The notes under the pieces are model-generated. The model was not told where the DNA came from and searched no databases. It saw nothing but the letters and a program-made list of their open reading frames with translations. This document shows, in pieces, positions 32,457 through 44,337 of a stretch of DNA of 64,000 nt. The position numbers were made by a program, and so were the translations under genes. Position 1 is the stretch's first letter. The number at the start of each line of letters is the position of its first letter. The stretch comes from Syntrophobacteraceae bacterium (lineage in GTDB: Bacteria; Desulfobacterota; Syntrophobacteria; Syntrophobacterales; Syntrophobacteraceae): assembly GCA_018053185.1 (NCBI GenBank), contig JAGPLX010000009.1, forward strand, positions 266 through 64,265, read 5' to 3'.

Positions 32457-34910
32457 ATGTTCAAGCTAAACAGAAACAAAGACGATCAGCAGAACACGGT
32501 GCAGACCCTTTCCCTGCCGTTGCTGCCTCTCAGGGACATCGTGGTTTTTCCCTCCAGCGTCGTCCCTCTGTTCGTCGGCAGAGACAAGTCTGTGAACGCC
32601 CTGGACAAGGCTATGAGTTCCGAGAAGAGGATCTTTCTTGCGGCCCAGACCAAGGCAAAGACGGATACTCCGGGCGAATCGGATATCTATCGCATCGGAA
32701 CTATCGCAAACATCCTACAAATCCTGCGGCTGCCGGACGGTACCGTGAAGGTGCTGGTGGAAGGCGAACAGAGAGCCAGGCTGCTCCAGTTCATCCCCCA
32801 CCCGGACTACTTTCACGTGCAGGTGGAAGTGCTTCCCGAGCCGTCTCCCAACCCCGTCGAAATGGAGGCGTTGCGCCGGGGGCTTCGATCGACCTTTGAG
32901 GCCTACGCCAAGCATAATAAGAAAATCACCCAGGAGGTACTCGATGCCGTCGCAGCCATCGAAGAACCTTCCCGGCTTGCGGACACCATGGCGTCCTACG
33001 TGCCTTTCAAACTGGACGTCAAGCAAAAGCTCCTGGAAACCGTGGACATCATCCAGAGGATGGAGAAGCTTTACGGCCATCTGAGGGCGGAGATCGAGAT
33101 CGGCCTCACCGAGGAACGCATCAAGGGTCGTGTGAAGAAGCAAATGGAGAAGACCCAGCGGGATTACTACCTCACCGAGCAGATGCGGGCCATCCAGAAG
33201 GAAATGGGGGAAAAGGACGATTTTAAATCGGAGCTCGAGGAGCTGGAAAAGCGGATCAAGCGAAAGAGGCTGAGCCAGGAGGCTGCGGCCAAGGTCCGGG
33301 CCGAGTTCAAGAAGCTCAAGCTCATGTCTCCCATGAGTGCCGAAGCGACGGTTGTGCGCAATTACATCGATTGGATCCTTTCCCTGCCATGGTACGAGAA
33401 AACCAAAGACAAAATCGACATCGATGCCGCCTCCGTGGTTCTCGAAGAAGATCACTACGGACTGGAAAAACCCAAGGAAAGAATCCTCGAGTACCTCGCG
33501 GTTCAGGCCCTGGTCAAGAAGATCAAAGGGCCCATCCTTTGTTTCGTCGGCCCTCCCGGTGTCGGGAAGACCTCCCTTGCCCGGTCGATCGCTCGCTCCA
33601 TGAACCGAAACTTCATCCGAGTGTCCCTGGGCGGCGTGCGGGATGAGGCTGAAATTCGGGGACATCGCCGAACCTACATCGGTGCCTTGCCTGGAAAGAT
33701 CATCCAGAGCCTCCGGAAGGTGAAGAGCAACAATCCAGTGTTTTGCCTGGACGAGATCGACAAGATGAGCATGGATTTCCGGGGGGATCCGTCGGCGGCT
33801 ATGCTGGAAGTACTGGATCCCGAGCAGAATTTTGCCTTCAACGACCACTACCTGGATTTAGACTACGATCTTTCCGAGGTCTTTTTCATCACCACCGCCA
33901 ACAACCTGCACTCCATCCCTCCTCCTCTTCGGGACCGGATGGAGATCATCCAGATCGCCGGCTACACGGAATTTGAGAAACTCAACATCGCCAGGAACTT
34001 CCTGGTGTCCAAACAGTGTAAGGCCAACGGACTGCAGCCGGGAAACGTCGTGTTTGCCGACGACATTCTCCTGTACATCATCCGGCATTATACCAAGGAG
34101 GCCGGGGTCCGAAACCTCGAGCGGGAAATCGCGTCCGTATGCCGCAAGGTGGCCAAGGAAGTGGTGCGGCTCGGACCCGAAACCAAAGTGGAACTGACCG
34201 AGGATCTCGTTCAGGAGTATCTGGGAATTCCCAAGTATCGGTATGGCCGGACGGAGGAGAGGGACGAGGTGGGCCTGGCCATCGGGTTGGCGTGGACGGA
34301 ATTCGGAGGGGATATTCTCGGAATCGAATCCATTATCATGCCGGGAAAAGGGAAAATAATCATAACGGGAAAACTGGGTGAGGTCATGCAGGAATCGGCC
34401 CAGGCAGCCGTGAGCTACGTGCGGTCCCGCTCCGCGAGATTGGGGATCGAGCCGGATTTCTATCAGAAATTCGATATTCACGTTCATGTGCCCGAAGGCG
34501 CCATCCCCAAGGACGGCCCGTCTGCCGGTATCACCATGGCGACATCCCTGGTTTCCGCCCTAACCCGCATTCCCGTGCGCAGCGACGTGGCCATGACCGG
34601 AGAAATCACCTTGCGCGGGCGGGTTCTCCCCATCGGAGGACTCAAGGAAAAGATCCTTGCCGCCCATCGCGGCCTGCTGAAGACGGTCCTGATCCCCAAG
34701 GACAACGCTAAGGATCTCAAGGAGATTCCAGCCAAGATTCTCCAGGAGATCGAGATCGTGGTCGTGGAACACATGGATGACGTTCTCCTGAGAGCTCTGG
34801 CCCTCAAGGAGGGACAGGAACTCTTTCGGGAACCGGAAGAGGTCGAGGAGGGGAAAGCGGTTCTTTTCGATGCCCAAAAGCCTTCGGGAGACGAAATCCG
34901 GGCTCACTAG
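32457..34910 (+). CDS. lon: Lon protease (LonA)
   Basis: N-terminal [13 protein letters not shown], Walker [12 protein letters not shown], and the catalytic [19 protein letters not shown] with ...K.. dyad context. Confidence 0.95.
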   Translation: MFKLNRNKDDQQNTVQTLSLPLLPLRDIVVFPSSVVPLFVGRDKSVNALDKAMSSEKRIFLAAQTKAKTDTPGESDIYRIGTIANILQILRLPDGTVKVLVEGEQRARLLQFIPHPDYFHVQVEVLPEPSPNPVEMEALRRGLRSTFEAYAKHNKKITQEVLDAVAAIEEPSRLADTMASYVPFKLDVKQKLLETVDIIQRMEKLYGHLRAEIEIGLTEERIKGRVKKQMEKTQRDYYLTEQMRAIQKEMGEKDDFKSELEELEKRIKRKRLSQEAAAKVRAEFKKLKLMSPMSAEATVVRNYIDWILSLPWYEKTKDKIDIDAASVVLEEDHYGLEKPKERILEYLAVQALVKKIKGPILCFVGPPGVGKTSLARSIARSMNRNFIRVSLGGVRDEAEIRGHRRTYIGALPGKIIQSLRKVKSNNPVFCLDEIDKMSMDFRGDPSAAMLEVLDPEQNFAFNDHYLDLDYDLSEVFFITTANNLHSIPPPLRDRMEIIQIAGYTEFEKLNIARNFLVSKQCKANGLQPGNVVFADDILLYIIRHYTKEAGVRNLEREIASVCRKVAKEVVRLGPETKVELTEDLVQEYLGIPKYRYGRTEERDEVGLAIGLAWTEFGGDILGIESIIMPGKGKIIITGKLGEVMQESAQAAVSYVRSRSARLGIEPDFYQKFDIHVHVPEGAIPKDGPSAGITMATSLVSALTRIPVRSDVAMTGEITLRGRVLPIGGLKEKILAAHRGLLKTVLIPKDNAKDLKEIPAKILQEIEIVVVEHMDDVLLRALALKEGQELFREPEEVEEGKAVLFDAQKPSGDEIRAH

Positions 34911-34917
34911 AAAACCC

Positions 34918-34946
34918 TTGACTTGACAGGGACGGCGAAGTATAAG
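34918..34946 (+). promoter_or_regulatory. Candidate sigma70 promoter of the tRNA-Val/tRNA-Asp unit
   Basis: TTGACT (34918-34923), a 17-nt spacer, then TATAAG (34941-34946), about 50 nt upstream of tRNA-Val. Confidence 0.45.
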
Positions 34947-34998
34947 TTCCCCTCGTTCAACCTGCAAGGCGGCAACCCTTGGCCGGGCAGGTGTTCCC

Positions 34999-35074
34999 GG
35001 GCGGATAGCTCAGGTGGGAGAGCATCGGCCTTACAAGCCGGGGGTCACAGGTTCAATCCCTGTTCCGCCCACCA
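34999..35074 (+). tRNA. tRNA-Val (anticodon TAC), CCA encoded
   Basis: Acceptor GGGCGGA/TCCGCCC, D-loop TAGCTCAGGTGGGAGAGC, anticodon loop CTTACAA and T-loop GGTTCAATCC. Confidence 0.9.
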
Positions 35075-35082
35075 CACGATGC

Positions 35083-35159
<77 letters not shown>

Positions 35160-35169
35160 GGAAATATGA

Positions 35170-35198
35170 GGGCTTGGCCCATGAGGCCAGGCCCTTTT
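35170..35198 (+). terminator. Rho-independent terminator after tRNA-Asp
   Basis: A 10-bp stem GGGCTTGGCC / GGCCAGGCCC (one G-U pair), loop CATGA, then TTTT. Confidence 0.75.
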
Positions 35199-35394
35199 CA
35201 CATGCTGTCAGGGGCCTGCCATCGAAGAATCCCGCCGCCGGGGAAGGGTCTGATCCCATGAGATCTCCGCGCTAAGGATGGTCGAATCCGTCCTCAGGCC
35301 AAGAGAGCACGGAACCAGGGCCGGGAAGGATCCACGGAGCGTTTTTATCCTTCTTCAAGGGGTGGATTTTTTGTAATATGTCCTTGGATGGTGG

Positions 35395-35991
35395 ATGATA
35401 AGCGCGCAGCCTCACTTGGCAAAAGCCCGGAGCCATACGAACCTGTTCTCGGAAGTTGTTCGCGAGAAGGATATCGACGACGTGAAAGCAAGGAACTTCC
35501 ACCGCACGGTGGCGATCATCACGGTTAGTGACCGGGCATCGAGAGGAGAGAGGGAGGATGCCTCGGGTAAGGCACTGGAACAACACCTGGGGTCCCACGG
35601 CTTTAAAATCGTCCACCGGGAGATCGTCCCCGACGAGATCCGGGAAATCTCGTCCGCGATAGTTCGGAGTGTGGATGAAAAGGGGGTGGCCCTGGTGGTG
35701 ACCACTGGAGGGACGGGGGTCTCTCCCCGGGATTTCACCCCTGAGGCAACTCTGCGCGTCCTGGACCGGGTGATTCCGGGGATGGCCGAAGCCATGAGGG
35801 CATCAAGCCTGGCAAGGACACCCCACGCCATGATTTCAAGATCTGTTGCAGGCGTTCGCGGAGCGGCCCTCATTGTGAACCTCCCGGGAAGCCCGAAGGG
35901 AGCAGTCGAGAATCTCGAGGCCATCCTGCCCGCCGTGCCTCATGCTCTCGAGAAGATCCAGGGCGATCCCGGCGAATGTGCCACAGGGTAG
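35395..35991 (+). CDS. mogA: Molybdopterin adenylyltransferase MogA/MoaB family
   Basis: VAIITVSDRASRGEREDASG...VVTTGGTGVSPRDFTPEAT...NLPGSPKG is the MoCF_biosynth domain signature. The start is uncertain; GTG 35482 would give a canonical N-terminus. Confidence 0.75.
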   Translation: MISAQPHLAKARSHTNLFSEVVREKDIDDVKARNFHRTVAIITVSDRASRGEREDASGKALEQHLGSHGFKIVHREIVPDEIREISSAIVRSVDEKGVALVVTTGGTGVSPRDFTPEATLRVLDRVIPGMAEAMRASSLARTPHAMISRSVAGVRGAALIVNLPGSPKGAVENLEAILPAVPHALEKIQGDPGECATG

Positions 35992-36052
35992 ACCTACCAG
36001 GCGAGAATCTCGACAGAGGTTTGGCGTTTTCTCTCCTCTCCCGGTCACAGGC

Positions 36053-36457
36053 CTAGCGGACCTCGCCCGAATCGGCCGAGACACCCATCGTGGTACGTTT
36101 GGCGGCGTATCGGGAACGGATTTCCCCCTTGCGCTTCTCGTACTCCTCCTGGATGTCGGCCATGGCGTCCTGAATCGCAAAGAGCCTCGACTCCGCTTCT
36201 TCCGCCTTGCGCAACCGAAACTGTACGCTTTCGGACCTGATCCAGTCACTTTGGTCCTGCTTGTGAAGTCCGTAGACTTCCGCTCCGAGGTCTGCATAGG
36301 CCCGGTCCACTCCCTTACGAACCTTGCATAGCTTCCATTTCTGCCTCTGCATTCTCAAAAACCGCAGACTCCATAGGCAGATAATCCAAAAACGCTCCAT
36401 CCCGAGAGACCAGACTCTCCCCAGCATTCCCAGTACCCCTCGACCCGATTGACTCAT
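36053..36457 (-). CDS. Hypothetical protein (possible N-terminal hydrophobic segment, coiled-coil-like C-terminus)
   Basis: The only support is an open frame co-oriented with and downstream of the Mut7-C gene, plus plausible composition. No family was recognised. Confidence 0.35.
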   Translation of the reverse strand: MSQSGRGVLGMLGRVWSLGMERFWIICLWSLRFLRMQRQKWKLCKVRKGVDRAYADLGAEVYGLHKQDQSDWIRSESVQFRLRKAEEAESRLFAIQDAMADIQEEYEKRKGEIRSRYAAKRTTMGVSADSGEVR

Positions 36458-36538
36458 CTTCCACCTCCTGATTTATTTGCGCTTCAAAAAACTCACGGCA
36501 GTCTGCCCGCCCATGCCGAAGTGGTCGGGCCCGGGCCG

Positions 36539-36991
36539 CTACCGTGGCTCCATTTGCCATGGGAGGAGGGAACACAAACGTTCCCTCATGCGGGAAGGAT
36601 GCGATCCCCCCCAATAAAACCTGTGGCAGGACGGACATCGACAGAACCGACCTTGAGTCTCATAGGTATAGTCGGGGACGTGGCCGAAAGCCTCGATGCG
36701 GGAAACCTCTTCGATCGGATGGTTACAGACCGCGCACCGGCTGAGAAAGTTCACATCGCTTTCCTGAAGCGAAAGCCGCCGTGCCACTTCCGCCAGCTGT
36801 TCCATGGGGTCGTTTGCGCTCAGGCACAGGACGCCCTCGAGTTCGCACCAGCGTCGGTTGCGGGTTAGAACAATTCGCCCCTCGGTTGTGCGGCTCAGTA
36901 TGTCCCATGGGCCGGCCAACGGACCATACAGAGTGTCGAACCCGAGAATGCGGAGCCATCTGGCAAGTTTGCCCAGCATGATGTCGACCAT
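36539..36991 (-). CDS. Mut7-C RNase domain (DUF82) protein
   Basis: MVDIMLGKLARWLRILGFDT..., and a C-terminal zinc ribbon CAVCN...CPSCHRFYWGGSH, typical of PF01927. Start is ATG 36991. Confidence 0.7.
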   Translation of the reverse strand: MVDIMLGKLARWLRILGFDTLYGPLAGPWDILSRTTEGRIVLTRNRRWCELEGVLCLSANDPMEQLAEVARRLSLQESDVNFLSRCAVCNHPIEEVSRIEAFGHVPDYTYETQGRFCRCPSCHRFYWGGSHPSRMRERLCSLLPWQMEPR

Positions 36992-37113
36992 AAACCGCTT
37001 TTCCGGAGGACCTTTCCCCCGCTCGAATCCAGAAATCATTTTTTCTTCCCCAGGAGAAATCGACCTGCACGAAACACCGTCGACCGGCCCAGCCCCGGGC
37101 GCCCGGGATCGCT

Positions 37114-37893
37114 CTAACTCAGGCGGATGAGTCGAAGTCCACTGGGAATGGGGGGATTGAAAGAGGAATCATCCACGGGTGGCGAAGGGGCGATCTGATC
37201 GACGGTGATGTCCATCTCCCACTGCTGAGAGGCGATACGGATCCTCCGTGGGAGCCCGGCCGACTCCAAGTCAACCGACGGCTCGTAGGTGATAGTGTAG
37301 TTCCAGGAAGCCTCCCGAACGTCCACCGCCTCCAGCGCATTGGAAGGAGACGCAAACTTCCAAACCAGGGTACGTTTCGACTCGCTGCCTCCCTCGTATT
37401 CCAGCCATCGGGGTTTTCCTGGGACACCCCGGAGACTTGCCAGCATCTCCGGCGGGATCGAACCGGTGAGGCTGTATCCGAGAGTCTCCAGGTGAACAGG
37501 AATCCCAAGGAAGTGCGCCACGAGGACTTCCGGGTGGTCCGCCGTGTACAGGGTCTTCTCTGATGGAACCCATAGTTCGGCTTGGTCTCCCCTCAAAAGT
37601 AGGAGACCGATGGTCTGGCCCCAGGGGTTGATCGCCTCCAGTCGAAACTGATCGGGAAGCTTAGCCAAGACCACCGTCCGAAAACGGAATTTTCCTTTGT
37701 CGCTCCTGGCCCGGATGGTGAGCTTTGCCTCGTATGTTCGCCACTGCTCGGTCCGGTTTTGAAGCATCGAGGCCCATTGATCCAGTGTCAGCAGTTTTGG
37801 CCGCTCCACCAGGGTGGACCTCGGGGCACAGGCCGTCACGGCAAAGAGCAGGAGCCCCGAAAGGAATAGGAGACAGGACCTGGGAAATCTCAT
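37114..37893 (-). CDS. Outer-membrane lipoprotein, LolB/DUF4292-like
   Basis: The signal peptide carries a lipobox (LLLFAVTAC). A beta-rich body has the LolB-like pattern (WRTYEAKLTIRARSDKGKFRFRTVVLAKLPDQFRLEAINPWGQTIGLLLL). Its ATG overlaps the stop of the upstream TPR gene (ATGA at 37890-37893). Confidence 0.55.
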   Translation of the reverse strand: MRFPRSCLLFLSGLLLFAVTACAPRSTLVERPKLLTLDQWASMLQNRTEQWRTYEAKLTIRARSDKGKFRFRTVVLAKLPDQFRLEAINPWGQTIGLLLLRGDQAELWVPSEKTLYTADHPEVLVAHFLGIPVHLETLGYSLTGSIPPEMLASLRGVPGKPRWLEYEGGSESKRTLVWKFASPSNALEAVDVREASWNYTITYEPSVDLESAGLPRRIRIASQQWEMDITVDQIAPSPPVDDSSFNPPIPSGLRLIRLS

Positions 37894-39674
37894 TGAAGTT
37901 TTTCCAGCTTCCGGCGGATTTTTTCGGGTTCCGTGTGTTGGAACTCGAGTGATTTCTGGTATGCCTCCGCCGCTTTCGTCTTTTTTCCCAAGCTCATGTA
38001 AATATCGCCAAGATGTTCCAGGATGATGGGGTCCTGGGGCACCCGTTTCAATGCTTCCAGAATATAATCCAACGCTTTCTTGTATTGTCCAAGTTTGTAA
38101 TAGACCCACGCCATGCTGTCCATGATGTATCCGTCCTCGGGTTCGATCTCGAGGGCCGTTTTGATCATCTGTTTTGCCTCCATAAGGTTGATTCCCATCT
38201 CTGCGTAGGTATATCCAACAAAATTGAGGGCGTTGGAATTCCGCGGCTCGATGCTCAACACCTTGCGCATGACCTCGACGGCATCTTCTTTCCGTCCCAT
38301 TTTATCCAGAACAACACCCTTGCGAAACAGGATGTCCACGTCCCTGGGATTTTTTTCGAGCCCTCGGTCGAAGGCTTTGAGGGCTTCATCGTATTGTTTC
38401 TGCTCTTCGTGGAGCATCCCAAGGTAGAGGTAGGTGGCCGGAAGATCCGGCTGCTTCTGGATCGCGTCCTGAAGCACTTCCATCGCGCTACGAAAATCCT
38501 TCTTCTTGGCAAAGATGAGAGCCAGCCGGATCTGGGCCGTATTCCAGAGAAGGCTGTTACGGGAGACCAGGCGGAAGTTCAGGATGGCTTGATCAAGGTC
38601 TCCCTTCTCCTCGTAGGTACTTCCAAGATAGTACATGGCTTGATCGTAATGGGGCTGTTCCTTCAGAAGAAAGGTGAAAGCCTGGATGGCATCTTCATAA
38701 TTCTTCTGCTGAAGGTGGATGATCCCTACTTTCAGGCGGCTTTCCGGGTCCCTTCGATTGAGCTTGATGATCTGCCCGAAAACCAGCAGTGCCTCGTCGA
38801 GCTTCCCTTCCCGCATGTAAAGGTTGCCCAGGCGTGTGAGCGCCTGGACACTCGAGTTATTGAACGACAAGATCCGCTGGTACGTCTTTTGAGCTTCCCG
38901 GGTCCGGTCAGTAACCTCGTAGATATAGGCGAGGTCCAGGAGGGCGTTTTCAAAAGTCGGGTCTAAAGCCAGGACTTCCTGGTAAATGGATTCCGCTTGA
39001 CTGTAAAATTTCATATCGAGAAAGATGCGTGCCCGGTAGTAAAGGGCCATGGGATTGTCCGGGAACATGGCTCTCAATTGGTCGAACACCTCCATGGCGT
39101 CGGAAAACCTCCCTACCTGAGCATACAGGGTTCCCAAAAGCAGGTAGGCGTCTTCGTTGGACGGATTCATTTCGACAACCCGCTGATAGGAGGCGATCGA
39201 CTTGTCATACTGCCCAATTCCTGCGTAGAGTTGCCCGAGAAGCATGTGCACCATCTCGTAGGACGGATCATAGGCGGCAGCCTCCTCGGCCAGCTTGAGG
39301 GCCGTTTCGATTTTCCCCTGTCGTAAGTACAGGGCTGCCAACTCGGTGAGGAGAGAACTGGATCGTGGTTCTCTTTTCAGGGTCTGGTGGTAGGCCTCGA
39401 TGGCCTCGTCGATCTGACTGTTGCGAAGGTAATACTGAGCCAAAAGGTAGTCATAATAGGCATCCGCCCTGGGAAGAGTGGTGTCCTGAGGTTGGGAGAG
39501 GGCGGGAGGCTTCACCGACTGGCAGACGGTTCCCATCTGGGCACAGGCACCGCTCAGAATCACAAAGAGGAAGGATAGGTAGAAAAGGATGTTCCCCGGC
39601 CCCATGAACACACCACCCAATATAGCGAAAATACTAATAGAAAACAATAAGCTAGGACTGGGATCAACTATCAT
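37890..39674 (-). CDS. TPR-repeat protein with N-terminal signal/anchor
   Basis: More than 12 tandem TPR units are visible (for example AIEAYHQTLKREPRSS, AYLLLGTLYAQVGRFSDAMEVF, AMYYLGSTYEEKGDLDQAILNF). It is translationally coupled to the lipoprotein gene. Confidence 0.75.
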   Translation of the reverse strand: MIVDPSPSLLFSISIFAILGGVFMGPGNILFYLSFLFVILSGACAQMGTVCQSVKPPALSQPQDTTLPRADAYYDYLLAQYYLRNSQIDEAIEAYHQTLKREPRSSSLLTELAALYLRQGKIETALKLAEEAAAYDPSYEMVHMLLGQLYAGIGQYDKSIASYQRVVEMNPSNEDAYLLLGTLYAQVGRFSDAMEVFDQLRAMFPDNPMALYYRARIFLDMKFYSQAESIYQEVLALDPTFENALLDLAYIYEVTDRTREAQKTYQRILSFNNSSVQALTRLGNLYMREGKLDEALLVFGQIIKLNRRDPESRLKVGIIHLQQKNYEDAIQAFTFLLKEQPHYDQAMYYLGSTYEEKGDLDQAILNFRLVSRNSLLWNTAQIRLALIFAKKKDFRSAMEVLQDAIQKQPDLPATYLYLGMLHEEQKQYDEALKAFDRGLEKNPRDVDILFRKGVVLDKMGRKEDAVEVMRKVLSIEPRNSNALNFVGYTYAEMGINLMEAKQMIKTALEIEPEDGYIMDSMAWVYYKLGQYKKALDYILEALKRVPQDPIILEHLGDIYMSLGKKTKAAEAYQKSLEFQHTEPEKIRRKLEKLQ

Positions 39675-39964
39675 ATTTGTGGAGTGGCGTCAACGTTTTC
39701 CCGGGGAACCAGGAGGTCTTTTTGTGGATCGTATCGGTCCCGGACAAGAACGCGACCCATATACCTGTATACCAACAGGTTTTTTAAGGAAGTCGTCCAC
39801 AAAGGAAAGAGAAAATTTGCCCGGTCAAGGGTTGCCCAAAGCGACGGTATCTGAGATAAAGAATCCATTCCAAACACCATGACTCGAGGAAGAGAAAGGG
39901 CGCGGGAACCTTCCTCTCGACTTGCGTCCCTTAAGAATCCCAAACTAAGAGGAGCGGCAGAAGG

Positions 39965-41197
39965 ATGGAAACCGTGGGAGATCGTCCAAAGCTTCGGTAT
40001 GGCCTCGAGGCCTTTCCCATCGTTCACGGGGGACGACGAATGATCCTGGTGAGAGACCTCCTCGGGTTCTGTGACGATCCACTGTTGTTTTCGCCTCCCA
40101 TGGCAGAATTGCTCCTGCTCATGAACGGCGAAAACTCCCTGCGCGATCTCCAGACCGAATACATGCGCATGACGGGAAACCTCCTTTTTGTGGAACACCT
40201 CGAGGCAGTGGTGAAGGAGTTGGACCAGCGTCTGTTTTTGGAAAACGAGCGGTTCACCCAAGCGGCAGCAGAACGTGTGGCCCGCTTTCGCCAAGACCCC
40301 GTCCGCCGCATGCAGCACGCGGGCAAGAGCTATGCAGAAGACCCTGATGCCCTTCGAGCCCAGCTCGACGCCTACTTCGAACCGGACAACGGCGGGCCCG
40401 GCTTCCCAGGAATCCCCCAGAATGATCGTCCCGTAGTGGGGCTGGTTGCGCCTCACATCGATCTACGGGCCGGCGGGAGGTGTTTCGCCCATGCCTACAA
40501 GGCGGCCTGTGAAGGCCGCACCCCGGCGACATGGGTGATCCTGGGGACAGGTCATGAGCCCATCGAGAACTCCATTGCCCTCACGGCAAAGGATTTTGAA
40601 ACTCCCCTGGGCATTGTACGATGCGCCCGGGACTACTGCCGCGAGCTTTCGGCCAGGGTTTCCCGGGATCTCACCGCCGGCGAATACAGCCATCATCGGG
40701 AGCATTCCGTGGAATTCCAGGCCGTGTTTTTGGCCCACACTCAGCCCGACGTGCGGGTGGTCCCCATTCTCTGCTCTTTCTCCCTGGAAAACTGGGACGA
40801 GGAAAAGACCTTCATTGATGAGGCGGCAGAGGCGATGAGGGACTTGGCCCGAAACAGCCTGGAGCCGGTCGGCTTCCTGGCCGGTGTGGATTTTGCCCAT
40901 GTGGGACCCCGGTACGGGGACCGGTTTTCCCCGGGAGCAGGAGACATCCGGGAGCATCTCGCGGAGGACCGCATTCTTCTGGAAATACTCGAACGATGTG
41001 ACTCTCGGGAATTTATCGAGAGGATTCGACGGGACGACAACCGTCGCCGCATCTGTGGTTTGGCGCCCCTCTATGTCCTCGCCAAAATCCTGGAAGGATG
41101 GGCCGAAGGAAGGACCCTGCAGCAGGGCCACGCGGTGGTGGACCCGCAAAACTCCTTTGTGACCTTTGCGGGTATGGTTTTCTACGGGAAAGCCTAA
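39965..41197 (+). CDS. AmmeMemoRadiSam system protein B (Memo/DUF52 family) with a ~125-aa N-terminal extension
   Basis: Memo-family core: HAGKSY, VVGLVAPHIDLRAGG, EYSHHREHSVEFQAVFL, VDFAHVGPRYGD, ICGLAPLYVL. The N-terminal part is discussed in findings. Confidence 0.75.
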   Translation: METVGDRPKLRYGLEAFPIVHGGRRMILVRDLLGFCDDPLLFSPPMAELLLLMNGENSLRDLQTEYMRMTGNLLFVEHLEAVVKELDQRLFLENERFTQAAAERVARFRQDPVRRMQHAGKSYAEDPDALRAQLDAYFEPDNGGPGFPGIPQNDRPVVGLVAPHIDLRAGGRCFAHAYKAACEGRTPATWVILGTGHEPIENSIALTAKDFETPLGIVRCARDYCRELSARVSRDLTAGEYSHHREHSVEFQAVFLAHTQPDVRVVPILCSFSLENWDEEKTFIDEAAEAMRDLARNSLEPVGFLAGVDFAHVGPRYGDRFSPGAGDIREHLAEDRILLEILERCDSREFIERIRRDDNRRRICGLAPLYVLAKILEGWAEGRTLQQGHAVVDPQNSFVTFAGMVFYGKA

Positions 41198-42123
41198 AGT
41201 TCTTCCAGTGCCGGCGGAAATGCCACCACTTCATCCAGGCTTCGGGCGTCGGCAAGGATCATGACGAGCCGATCCAGCCCCAGAGCGATGCCGGCACAGG
41301 GGGGGAGGTGCTCGATGCTCCGCAGAAATCTCTCCGGCATGGGGTAGAGGAGATCGCCTTGCCTGCGGCGTTTTTCGAGAACCGCCTCAAAACGCCTTCG
41401 TTGTTCCCCGGGGTCGGCGAGTTCACTGAAGCCGTTGGCCAGTTCAATCCCAGCCCAGTAGAGTTCAAAACGCTCGGCGACGGTCGGGTCATCTTCCTTA
41501 AGACGTGCCAGGGCGGCCTGATCCGCTGGGTAATCCTGGAGAAGGCACGGACGGGGAAAGCCCAGTCGCGGCTCGATTTTATCCACCATATCGCGGGAAA
41601 AGAGAAATGGGTCCGGCTTCGAGCCGGGTATCCAGCCGGCAAATCGATTGAAAGCTTCCTTGACCGTGACCCGCTCCCAATCTCCCTCCACTTCCAACCA
41701 ACGTCCATCGAAGGAAAATCCGGGGAATCGCCCCGTCTCGCGGCAGACGGTGGCCAGAAGGCATCGACAGTCATGCTCGAGTCTGCGGTAATCTTCGTGA
41801 GAACGGTACCACTCGAGCAAGGTGAATTCGGGGTGATGCAATCGGCCTGTTTCGTTTCGCCGAAAGGCAGGCGAGATCTGAAAGATTTTCTCATAACCGG
41901 CAGCCAGGAGCCGTTTCATATAGGGCTCGGGGCTCGGCAGCAGGAAATAGCCCTCGGACGGCACGGCATCGACGTGAAGCTCGGGAAGAGGGGAGAGTGA
42001 TCGGACGGGAGTCTGGACCTCCAGGAACCCCCCGGTCAAAAAGAAGGCACGCACGGCCTGGAGAACTGAAGATCGCAGCTCTAGGTTCCGGCGCTTCGCC
42101 TCCAGGAGGACGGTTTCGTTCAT
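41194..42123 (-). CDS. epmA: Elongation factor P--(R)-beta-lysine ligase EpmA (PoxA/GenX)
   Basis: A truncated class-II LysRS-like protein: FLEVQTPV, PSPEPYMKRLLAAGYEKIFQISPAFRNE..GRLHHPEFTLLEWY, ELANGFSEL, GIALGLDRLVM. It is adjacent to efp. Confidence 0.85.
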   Translation of the reverse strand: MNETVLLEAKRRNLELRSSVLQAVRAFFLTGGFLEVQTPVRSLSPLPELHVDAVPSEGYFLLPSPEPYMKRLLAAGYEKIFQISPAFRRNETGRLHHPEFTLLEWYRSHEDYRRLEHDCRCLLATVCRETGRFPGFSFDGRWLEVEGDWERVTVKEAFNRFAGWIPGSKPDPFLFSRDMVDKIEPRLGFPRPCLLQDYPADQAALARLKEDDPTVAERFELYWAGIELANGFSELADPGEQRRRFEAVLEKRRRQGDLLYPMPERFLRSIEHLPPCAGIALGLDRLVMILADARSLDEVVAFPPALEEL

Positions 42124-42291
42124 GGCCCGCCGCCTTCCACCAGGAGAGATCCCGTTTCGTTCCGAGGCGAGACCTGCGCCGGAACCGTGGAGCTCGCCCT
42201 CAATGGATAGCTCGCTCCCTGGGGGCTTCGCGGTTCAGTGCCGAAGGGAATATCGATCATGGGGCAAATTGATGAGAGAATCGGACGGGCA

Positions 42292-42867
42292 TTAATTGGA
42301 CTTCACCCGTTCCACGTAGGTCCCGGAACGGGTATCCAACTTGATGGTCTCTCCCTCCTCGATGAAGAGGGGGACTTGCAGAACATAGCCGGTTTCCACC
42401 GTCACGGGCTTGGTGGCACCCGCGGCCGTATCGCCTTTCACCCAGGGATCCGCTTTGATGACCTTCAAGGTCACAAAATTGGGAAGTCCAATGCCGATAG
42501 GCTTCCCCTGGAAGAGGAGCATGCTCACCGTCTGGTTTTCAATGAGATAATTCTTTGCGTCTCCCATTTGTTCCTCGGATAGCTCGATCTGCTCGTAGGT
42601 ACTGTTGTTCATGAAGACGTAGTTCTTGTCCTGCTTGTAGAGATAAGCCATCTCCTGTTCTTCCAGGTCCGCGGCATTGAATTTGTCCCCGGAACGGTAG
42701 GTGCGATCGAATTGAGTGCCGGTGATCATGTTGCGAAGGCGGCATCGATATAAGGCTTGTCCCTTCCCGGGTTTCGAAAATTCGAAGTCCACGACCAGAT
42801 AAGGTTCTCCATCGATTTCCAGCTTCAGACCCTTTCTCAAGTCGCCGGCGGTGAGCGTCGCTCCCAT
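42292..42867 (-). CDS. efp: Elongation factor P
   Basis: GDLRKGLKLEIDGEPYLVVDFEFSKPGKGQALYRCRLRNMITG, where the Lys in KPGKG is the modification site. The total is 191 aa from ATG 42867. Confidence 0.93.
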   Translation of the reverse strand: MGATLTAGDLRKGLKLEIDGEPYLVVDFEFSKPGKGQALYRCRLRNMITGTQFDRTYRSGDKFNAADLEEQEMAYLYKQDKNYVFMNNSTYEQIELSEEQMGDAKNYLIENQTVSMLLFQGKPIGIGLPNFVTLKVIKADPWVKGDTAAGATKPVTVETGYVLQVPLFIEEGETIKLDTRSGTYVERVKSN

Positions 42868-42918
42868 AGCATTTCCTTTCTTTGGCATTGATTAACACAA
42901 GCGAATCTCGTATTTTAA

Positions 42919-44337
<1,419 letters not shown>

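Noticed and set aside
32715-33848. A 377-aa minus-strand ORF.
   Set aside because: It is antisense to lon.
35200-35394. A Moco riboswitch upstream of mogA.
   Set aside because: I found no convincing match to the conserved Moco motif elements. The region mainly holds the tRNA terminator.
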